A stretch of 26,154 nt of DNA from a virus (taxonomy: Duplodnaviria > Caudoviricetes): IMG/VR virus record IMGVR_UViG_3300036784_000277, positions 1 to 26,154 of that record. One strand, written 5' to 3'. The position numbers and the translations under genes were made by a program. The notes beneath the pieces are model-generated. The model was not told where the DNA came from. It was given only the letters and a program-made list of their open reading frames with translations, and made no database searches. Numbering within the stretch: position 1 is the stretch's first letter; every line of letters starts with the position of its first letter. Below, in pieces: positions 1 through 7,633 of the stretch.

Positions 1-8
1 AATCACTT

Positions 9-482
9 ATGAAGCTAGCCTTCGGCTGGGTACCGCTGCGCCGGTTTTTCGCCGAACCCAACATCCACGATCTCTTGAGCGCCACGCACCTGGAAGCCGG
101 CATCTTTCGCGAGGAGATCCCGCTCGACCCCGACTACGAGCGGATGATCGCCGCCGAGTTGAGCGGCATCTACAAGATGTGGGCAGCGCGCGACGGCACG
201 TTGCTGGTGGGTTACCTGGGTTTCTGGATCCAGCCGCACATTCACTACAAATCGACCCTCGTCGCGGTCGACGACGTTTATTACCTCTCCCCCGCCTACC
301 GCCGGGGAATGACCGGGGTGCGGTTTATCGCAAGCGCGCTCGATGCCTTGCGCGAACTCGAGGTGCGCTGCTGCTGCATGTTTTCCAAGACCCACTTCAG
401 GGAAGACCGCGACGGTCTGGAAAAGCTCTTCAAGCGATTGGGTTTTTCGCATACCGATAATCTTTACACGCTCGTGCTATAA
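9..482 (+). CDS. GNAT-family acetyltransferase-like protein (podovirus virion assembly position)
   Basis: 157 aa with a GNAT acetyl-CoA motif (DVYYLSPAYRRGMTG) and C-terminal LFKRLGF. Lies directly before three ejection proteins, the position of P22 gp14 / T7 gp13. Confidence 0.8.
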   Translation: MKLAFGWVPLRRFFAEPNIHDLLSATHLEAGIFREEIPLDPDYERMIAAELSGIYKMWAARDGTLLVGYLGFWIQPHIHYKSTLVAVDDVYYLSPAYRRGMTGVRFIASALDALRELEVRCCCMFSKTHFREDRDGLEKLFKRLGFSHTDNLYTLVL

Positions 483-509
483 ACTCTGCTCGATAGAAGC
501 GAGGCGCCG

Positions 510-2633
510 ATGAGTATCTTTGGCGGTGGCGGTTCCTCGTCCCCAGCAGGCTCCAGCGGCAACCCGGCAAGCGGCCCTGCGGCGCAGGCCTACCAGCCGA
601 CCGCCCAGCCGGGGGCCGATATCGGTTTCCAGAATATCGCCAGCGGGTTTCTCGGCGATTTCGGGCCGCAGTTCGCCGGCATCGGAGCGAGCGCCTTTCC
701 CGGGGCTACGGTCACCGGCCCCAACGCCTTTTCCGGCACTCCCGGCGGGGTCGCCTACGGCTATATGCAACCCTTTGTCGGCGGCGCCGGGACCGGCACG
801 GTCACCGATCCCAACGATCCTTATTACCTGCAGAACCTGCAGACCGCCGAGGCGGCGACCGGGGGCGTTCCGGCCGCGTTCCAGACGGGGGGATTCCTCA
901 ACGCTCTATCCGGCGGATTGCAGGGTTACCTGCCGGCGATGTTCAGCGGCGCCAGCAGCATCGACACCCAGACCGCGGACAACGCGGCAGCGGTAGCCTC
1001 CGGGCTCGGCGGGTTCGGCGCTTACAACATCGGCCCGCAACTGCAAAGCGCCCTCGTCAATCAGGCGAACCTGGAAGGCTACGGCAACCAGGGATTTGCC
1101 GGGGTGAACGCCCTCAATACCGCGCTTGGCCCGCAGGCGGTGAGTTCGGCCAACCAGGGGCTGAGTTGGCTCAACGCGGCAACGCCGAGCATTATGACCG
1201 GGGCGATCGGCGGCGCGAATGCCCTCAATCAGTACGGCAACCAGATCCTCGGCACCGCGTTCGACCCGCAGGGCGCGCTCTATAACCAATTGCAGAACCA
1301 GGTGGCGCAGCAGTCGAATGCCGCGGCGGCGTCGGCGGGGCTCGGCGGCTCGGCTTATGGCGCCTCGACCGTCGGCAACAACCTCGGCAACTTCAACATC
1401 AACTGGCAGAACCAGCAATTGGCGCGGCAGGCACAGGGCCTGGGCGCGGCCGAGCCGGCGTTCACCACCGCGGCGGCGCTGCCGGGTGGTGCGGCGACCT
1501 CGATCGGCCAGGGGCTTGCGGGTTTATCCGCCGGTGCCGCCGCGCCCTATCAATTGGGCGGCGCGCTCGATCAAGAGATCGGTCAGATCCTGCAAGGCTC
1601 GTCGCTGCTTCCCGGCAATGTCGCCTCGCAGTACGGGCAGCTCGGCACGCAGGCGGCGCAACTCGGGGCGGGCGCCGCGCAACTGCCGTTCCAGCCGCTG
1701 ACCAGCACGATGGCGGGCGCTGCGGGTCTCGGGTCGCTGACCGGCCAAGGCGGGCAACTCTTGGCTCAGGGTTCGCAACTCGCCGGCCTGCCTTACGGGG
1801 CGCAGACCAGCGGCACCTCGAACGCGCTGCAGGCGCTGGGCAACCTCATCAACATCGGCAACCAGCAGTACACCATCCCGCAGCAGGTGCAGAACGACCT
1901 GCAAAGTTATCTGGGCCTGGGGCAGGCAGCTTCCGGCCTCTCGGGCCAGTTGGGCGCGTTGGGGCTCAACGAGCAGGCGCAGTCGGCGGCGGGTCTGGGG
2001 TCGGCGCTCGGCCTCGGATCCAACCTGCTCTTCGGCAATCAAGGCTTGAGCGGCGCGCTTGGTCTTGGCAGCGGCGGGTTACTGGGCGGCTTGGGCGGGA
2101 GTTCCCTTGGTGCGTTAGCTGGCACCACCGCCGGCAATGTTGCCTTGGACACGGCGGCAGTGGATACCGGGGCTATTGATAGTGGTCTGGCTGGCGGTGC
2201 GGGCGCCGCGGCGGGCGGCGGTGGTTTCGGCGGTCTGTTCGGCGGCATCGGCAGCGCGCTTTCCTGGATCATCTGCACCGAGCTGGTGCAGCAAGGGCGC
2301 ATGCCGAGGCGCTGGTGGGTTGTCGGCGCCCCGGTCTTTGCCGCCTACCCCGAGAGCGTCAAACGCGGCTATTACCTCTGGGCGATCCCGACCGTGAGGC
2401 ACCTGCGCCGGCACCCGAATTCGCTCTACTCGCGCTTCAACGAGGCGGTCTTCCGCTGGCGGGCCGAGAATATCGCCGCGCACAAAGGTGTCCGGGGCGC
2501 GCGGAAACTCCTGCGCGGCGCCGCGGTGACCGCGGTGCTCTACCCCTTGTGCATGGCGCTGGGCATCTTCTGCCCCAAGATGGATTGGCAACGCGTCTAC
2601 CGAGGTGAAGACCATGCCCGGCATCCCGCTTAA
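510..2633 (+). CDS. Internal virion / DNA ejection protein 1 (Gly/Ala/Gln-rich) with basic Cys-initiated C-terminal domain
   Basis: 707 aa, SD GAGG upstream, starts MSIFGGGG. G/A/Q/L/N-rich body typical of pilot/ejection proteins; distinct C-terminal domain from IICTEL (nt 2268). Confidence 0.75.
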   Translation: MSIFGGGGSSSPAGSSGNPASGPAAQAYQPTAQPGADIGFQNIASGFLGDFGPQFAGIGASAFPGATVTGPNAFSGTPGGVAYGYMQPFVGGAGTGTVTDPNDPYYLQNLQTAEAATGGVPAAFQTGGFLNALSGGLQGYLPAMFSGASSIDTQTADNAAAVASGLGGFGAYNIGPQLQSALVNQANLEGYGNQGFAGVNALNTALGPQAVSSANQGLSWLNAATPSIMTGAIGGANALNQYGNQILGTAFDPQGALYNQLQNQVAQQSNAAAASAGLGGSAYGASTVGNNLGNFNINWQNQQLARQAQGLGAAEPAFTTAAALPGGAATSIGQGLAGLSAGAAAPYQLGGALDQEIGQILQGSSLLPGNVASQYGQLGTQAAQLGAGAAQLPFQPLTSTMAGAAGLGSLTGQGGQLLAQGSQLAGLPYGAQTSGTSNALQALGNLINIGNQQYTIPQQVQNDLQSYLGLGQAASGLSGQLGALGLNEQAQSAAGLGSALGLGSNLLFGNQGLSGALGLGSGGLLGGLGGSSLGALAGTTAGNVALDTAAVDTGAIDSGLAGGAGAAAGGGGFGGLFGGIGSALSWIICTELVQQGRMPRRWWVVGAPVFAAYPESVKRGYYLWAIPTVRHLRRHPNSLYSRFNEAVFRWRAENIAAHKGVRGARKLLRGAAVTAVLYPLCMALGIFCPKMDWQRVYRGEDHARHPA

Positions 2634-4035
2634 TATCGGCTACGGTCTCGGCGGCCTGGTGCAGGGCTTCAACCAGGCGAGGAGCCAGGGCCTGCAGCAA
2701 GCAATCCAGCAATTCGCGCTGCAGCAGGCACAGCGCCAGCAGAACGCGCAAGGGTTGGCGGCGCTGGCCTTGCAGGCCGGCCTTCTCAACAACCAGACCA
2801 ACATCAACCCGCTGCAGGGGGCCTCGGGATCGCCGGCTTTCAGCCCGCAGCCTAGTGCTGCCACGACGCCGGCAGCATCGCCCGCGCCGACGCCCAATGG
2901 CGGCTCCGCTGCTCCTGCGCCAAGACCGACGCCCGGCACCACAACCCCGGCATTCTCTCCCGGGGGGTTTGGCGACATCAACCTCCCCCTGCTTCAGGAT
3001 CCCCGCTATCTGACGGGCATGCCGACACCCGAGGAGGCCGGCGGCAGCGCCACCACCGGATTGCCGTCTGCCGGGTCGACCGGGCAGCCGCAACTGTCGC
3101 CGGCACCAACCGATAGAGGCGACACAGACACCGCCGCGCCACCCATACCGGCGCCTCGAGCGCAAGCCGGAACACCGGCTTCGGGAGTGCCGATCGGCAC
3201 GACAGTCCCGCCTCCACCCGGGTCAGTCCCGCCGCAGCAAAACGGCGACACGACGCCTACTCCAACACCCACGCCTTCGCGGACATCCGATGCGACGCCG
3301 TCCAGATCCGGCGACACGACGCCAACCTCGGGCGGTGGAGGCGGCGGCGTGCAGGCGGTGTTTCCCGGCGGCCAAACGATGGACATCTCCTCGATGTTCA
3401 AGACCATGGATTACGGGAGTCTGGCGAAGGGCATCGCGCGGTTGGCGCCTCCCGGCACCAGCCAGGCCGACATCTACGAAGCCGTGGTCGACCTCTCAAA
3501 ACTCTCCGAAGGCGACAAGGTGCAGCAGCAGCAGGCCGGGGCATTGCTGCGCGCCTTGGTCGGCGGCGATTTCAAGCTGCAAAACACCCAGATGACGACG
3601 ACTGCGGCTGGAGAGCGTCAAGCTGCAGCAATTGCTGGACGCGAAAACGTCGCGGGACAACAGATTGCCGGGCGCGAGAATGTTGCCGGTCAGCAGATTC
3701 AGTCCCGCGAGAAGATCACGCAGATGAACATCGATGCGAGGCAGAAGATCGCCGATGCGTCGAATGATCTGCGCCGGCGCGGTCAGGACATATCGAACCA
3801 GAACAAGCAGGCGGAACTCGCTAATCAGCAGCAGCGGATCCAGATTTCCCTACAGCAAGCCGGACGGCAGGACGCGGCGCTGCAGATCTCGGCGGTGCGG
3901 GCCAAGATCTCGACCATCAAGGCGCAACTGGACGGCAGCTACAGCGACGCCGATCAGAAGACGCTGAAGACCTACAACGAACAGATCGCCGCGATCGCTG
4001 CAAAGGCTGCGGCGCAAGGGCCGGCCGGGCCGTGA
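2614..4035 (+). CDS. Internal virion / DNA ejection protein 2
   Basis: ATG at 2614 follows GAGGTG. N-terminal GLGGLVQGFNQ amphipathic segment, Pro/Thr-rich linker, Gln-rich coiled-coil C-terminus. Lies between two other ejection-type genes. Confidence 0.7.
   Translation: MPGIPLNIGYGLGGLVQGFNQARSQGLQQAIQQFALQQAQRQQNAQGLAALALQAGLLNNQTNINPLQGASGSPAFSPQPSAATTPAASPAPTPNGGSAAPAPRPTPGTTTPAFSPGGFGDINLPLLQDPRYLTGMPTPEEAGGSATTGLPSAGSTGQPQLSPAPTDRGDTDTAAPPIPAPRAQAGTPASGVPIGTTVPPPPGSVPPQQNGDTTPTPTPTPSRTSDATPSRSGDTTPTSGGGGGGVQAVFPGGQTMDISSMFKTMDYGSLAKGIARLAPPGTSQADIYEAVVDLSKLSEGDKVQQQQAGALLRALVGGDFKLQNTQMTTTAAGERQAAAIAGRENVAGQQIAGRENVAGQQIQSREKITQMNIDARQKIADASNDLRRRGQDISNQNKQAELANQQQRIQISLQQAGRQDAALQISAVRAKISTIKAQLDGSYSDADQKTLKTYNEQIAAIAAKAAAQGPAGP
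3631..3714 (+). repeat. 33-nt-period coding repeat (IAGRENVAGQQ x2 + IQSREK)
   Basis: Identical 11-aa units at 3631 and 3664 with diverged third codon positions; partial third unit at 3697. Confidence 0.85.
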
Positions 4036-4036
4036 C

Positions 4037-7000
4037 GTGGCGGACTACACCGACTACATCACCCAAGGAGCCATAGCCCGGGGTCTCGACCCCAAGGTGG
4101 CGTTGCACGTCGTCGACACCGAGGGTGGACGCTCGGGCAAGACCGGCGATTCGGGGACCTCGTTCGGACCCTTCCAGATGCACGTCGCGGGGACCGCGCC
4201 GGGCACCACGGTGCCGGGTCTCGGCACCGAGATGGAGCAGAAAGGACTCAACCCGAGAGACCCTTATCAGTCGATCGACTACGCGCTCGACTACGCCAAG
4301 GCGCATGGCGGATTTTCCCCGGATATCTGGCACGGGCTCAGAGCCGGCGAACACCGCTGGGTCGGGGAACCGAGCGGCGAAGGCGGCACGCTCCATCTGG
4401 GCAGGCTGGAGAAGGCTTACGGCGACCCCACCGGCAACGCCCTTCTCGACTACCTCATGGCCTCGCACTACCCGAGCGAGGACAAATCGACCGGCAACGG
4501 CCTCCTCGACAACATCATGTTGTCGAACGTGCTGGGGATTGCGCAGCCGCAACAACAGCCGCTCGACCTGAAGCCGCTGCAGCGCGCGACCCCGCAAGCG
4601 CAATTGCCGCAGACCGCGCCCGAGCTGCAACCCGGCCAGCAAGTCGATGTCAGGCCGCTGACGCCGCCGCCCCAGCCGACACCGCCAACTCCCGCAGCCG
4701 AGCAGCCTCCCGCGCCATCACCTAGCTTTGCGACGCCGACCACAACTCCACCAACCCCGGCTGTCAGTCAGGCTTCGACCGGCAACAGCCTCCTCAATAC
4801 GCTGCTGCACCAGTTGAGCCCGATCTCCAGCGCGCAGGCGGCCGAGCCGCCGCGTCCCACACCGCTGCCGACGCGAACCCTGACCCCGATGTCGCCCGAG
4901 GAACGCCGGCAGTTCCTCACCGCCCCGACCCGCTCGACCGGGAGCCCGCTCCTCGACAACATCTTGCGAACCCGTGAGCAGTCGGCCCCGGCGCCGCGGG
5001 TAATTACGCCGCAAGAGTACGCCAAGGAAAAGTTTATGACCGCTGGCGGTCTCGTTCCGCCGGCAACCACCGACATCGAGCAGGCACAGCAAGAGCAGAA
5101 AACGGCGCAGCAGCCGTCCGAGCCGCTTATCGGTGTTGGTCCGGGCGGCGAATTGACCGGGCGCATCCCCGAAATCGCCGACGTGACGCTCCCTTACCTT
5201 GCCGGCGCCGCACCAGGCGGTGCGATGTCCTCGGGAATTCGGATACCGCGCATCGGCGGGCGCTTGCGGGCCGACGCATTCGGCGGACGGGTCGAGCCGC
5301 CGATCCTTCGAGGCGAGGTTCCGCGCATCGGGCAATCGACTGCCGTTCGCCCGTTTGCCGAAAGCGGTGGCCCGCCAGCGGTGCCGCCGCGTGTTCCCGG
5401 CTCAGAAGTCGGACCAGCTGCCCCGCCGCCGCAGGGGCCGGGCATGTTCCGCGATGTGCGGGCAACGGTCGATGAGCCGCGCCCGCCAAAGGGCGACGCC
5501 AACGAGAGCGCCCCGGTGAAGAAAATGCGCCTCGAGGCGATGCGCTCGACCCAGGACAAGCTGTTCAAAAGCTGGACGAGGGCTGAATCCTACAAGAACA
5601 AGCTGCTAAAGATGATGCAACGGATGCCGCGACTCACCGGCGAGCAGAAGCTGCAGGTCGAGCGCTACCTCGAATGGCAGCCGGGGATGCCGCCGGTCGC
5701 CATCGACGGCGAGGCCAAGGCGTTCGCCGACAAGTTCATCAAGCCGATGCGCGAGCGCGCGGCAAAGAACTACGCCTATCTCGAATCGAAGGGCGTCCTC
5801 GAGAGCGTGCCGCCCGATACCCTCGAAGACCTGACCGAGGGCTATCTCCACCGGATGCGGGTCAACCGCAGCGGCGAGCAGCACCCCTTCGCCCCCTTCC
5901 TCGGGGTCAAGGGGTTGCGCCGCACCACTTCCTCGATGCAAACCCGCAAGTGGTTTGTCATGCAGGATGCTGCGGGTCGCCGACATATCTACCGTGGTGA
6001 GCCGCTGAAGCCGGGCACGCCGATCTACGACGACGGGGCGGGCGGCATCACCACGCAGGCGGGCCGCGACAACCGCAAGATCGGCGAGGTGCGCCGCGCC
6101 ACCACCGAGGAGATCGAGAAGAACACCGACCAGCGCTACCTGCATGACCCCGGGTTGGCGTCGATGCAGAACATGGCGCAGCTCGATATCGCCCGGCGGA
6201 ATTTCGATCTCCTCGACAAAGAGGTTCTGCCCGAACTGAAAGACCAGGGACTGGCGACAACCGACCGCGAAGCCGCGCGGCGGTTGGGCATGCGCGAGAC
6301 GCAGATACCGGCACTCAGGGGCACCTTCTTCGAGAAGCGCCTCGCTGACGCCTTTGACGATTTCCACCGCACGCCATCGATCGTCCACACCGATGTTGCC
6401 GGCGTCTTTCACTGGATCGGCGACATCACTCACGCCGCGATCTCGGCGCTGTTCCTCAATCCCTTGGGCCACATGCGCAACGTTGCCTCGGACTACGCGC
6501 TCAGCCGCGGCAATCTGTGGTGGAACCCGGCGAGTTACGCCGGGGCGGTGCGGCACACCCGCGATGCGTTTCGCGACGTGATGCGGGATTCGCCCTTCTA
6601 TCACGATGTGATGCGGGCGGGCGGCGCACTGATGGGCGCTTCCAACGAGAACCGGCTGCTCTATCAGGCCCTCGTCAACCGCGCCCACACGGACATGACC
6701 AGCCTGCCCTTTATGGACGCCGTAGCGAAATCGACCGGCATCTGGCACACCGGCAAGCAGATGGGCCAGGCGATCTGGAACGCCTCGCAGAAAGTCATGT
6801 GGGGTTTCCACGACATGCTGCTGCTCTCCCGCGTGCGCGAATTGATGCAGACGAAGAACCTTTCGATCGAGGAAGCCGTGAGGCAGGCCGAGCGCCATAT
6901 CGCCGATTACCGGGTGCCGGCGTCGGTCGGCGAGGGCTCGCTCAAGCTGTCGCAACCAACCGCGCGCGTCCTCTCGCGGATCATGCAGGACCGCACGGTG

Positions 7001-7633
7001 ACGGTCTTCGGGCGCTACCACTACAATAAGCTGCGGGCGATCGGGAACACCTTGGGCGACACCTACCGGGCGCTGACCAAAGCAGGCATCCCGATGGCTG
7101 ACCGGATCGAGGCGATCGGACGCATGGGGTCCCTCCTGGTGTGGTCGACCATCCTTCAAGAGGGCCTCAATTATGTCGTCCAGCAGGCGACCGGCAATCC
7201 CTACGCCCACGTCACGGTACCCGGTGCCGCCGGTATCCCGGCAAATATCTACCGGGTGGCGAAGGACCTCGCCTTCAAACGCGACATGGGGCAGGCGGCT
7301 TACGATTTCTGGATGGGCCTCGCATCGATCATCACCCCGACCCCGTTTATCGCCGAGGCGATCAGCCAGACGACCAACCGCAACTTCCCCTATAGCCCGT
7401 CACCGATCCGGGGAACCCAGCTGCCGGCCTGGCAGCAGCTGATCCAGTCGGGCGCGCACGCCGCCGGCACTCTGCTGCCACCGCTGCAGGATCTAACGAA
7501 CTGGAGGCGGGCGCTGTCGTCGTCTGCCGGCATCAGCCTGCCGGATGCGGCGGCTGCGGCACGGGCGAAGCGTCCGCACCCCCAGGAACTCAGATCAGAG
7601 AGTCGGCGGTTCCATCGCGAGTTCGGGTTTTGA
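4037..7633 (+). CDS. Large internal virion / ejection protein 3 with N-terminal lytic transglycosylase (lysozyme-like) domain
   Basis: 1198 aa. N-terminal VALHVVDTEGG...GDSGTSFGPFQMH matches the SLT-type catalytic Glu and GxFQ motifs, followed by a Pro-rich linker and a large helical C-terminal region. Confidence 0.8.
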   Translation: MADYTDYITQGAIARGLDPKVALHVVDTEGGRSGKTGDSGTSFGPFQMHVAGTAPGTTVPGLGTEMEQKGLNPRDPYQSIDYALDYAKAHGGFSPDIWHGLRAGEHRWVGEPSGEGGTLHLGRLEKAYGDPTGNALLDYLMASHYPSEDKSTGNGLLDNIMLSNVLGIAQPQQQPLDLKPLQRATPQAQLPQTAPELQPGQQVDVRPLTPPPQPTPPTPAAEQPPAPSPSFATPTTTPPTPAVSQASTGNSLLNTLLHQLSPISSAQAAEPPRPTPLPTRTLTPMSPEERRQFLTAPTRSTGSPLLDNILRTREQSAPAPRVITPQEYAKEKFMTAGGLVPPATTDIEQAQQEQKTAQQPSEPLIGVGPGGELTGRIPEIADVTLPYLAGAAPGGAMSSGIRIPRIGGRLRADAFGGRVEPPILRGEVPRIGQSTAVRPFAESGGPPAVPPRVPGSEVGPAAPPPQGPGMFRDVRATVDEPRPPKGDANESAPVKKMRLEAMRSTQDKLFKSWTRAESYKNKLLKMMQRMPRLTGEQKLQVERYLEWQPGMPPVAIDGEAKAFADKFIKPMRERAAKNYAYLESKGVLESVPPDTLEDLTEGYLHRMRVNRSGEQHPFAPFLGVKGLRRTTSSMQTRKWFVMQDAAGRRHIYRGEPLKPGTPIYDDGAGGITTQAGRDNRKIGEVRRATTEEIEKNTDQRYLHDPGLASMQNMAQLDIARRNFDLLDKEVLPELKDQGLATTDREAARRLGMRETQIPALRGTFFEKRLADAFDDFHRTPSIVHTDVAGVFHWIGDITHAAISALFLNPLGHMRNVASDYALSRGNLWWNPASYAGAVRHTRDAFRDVMRDSPFYHDVMRAGGALMGASNENRLLYQALVNRAHTDMTSLPFMDAVAKSTGIWHTGKQMGQAIWNASQKVMWGFHDMLLLSRVRELMQTKNLSIEEAVRQAERHIADYRVPASVGEGSLKLSQPTARVLSRIMQDRTVTVFGRYHYNKLRAIGNTLGDTYRALTKAGIPMADRIEAIGRMGSLLVWSTILQEGLNYVVQQATGNPYAHVTVPGAAGIPANIYRVAKDLAFKRDMGQAAYDFWMGLASIITPTPFIAEAISQTTNRNFPYSPSPIRGTQLPAWQQLIQSGAHAAGTLLPPLQDLTNWRRALSSSAGISLPDAAAAARAKRPHPQELRSESRRFHREFGF

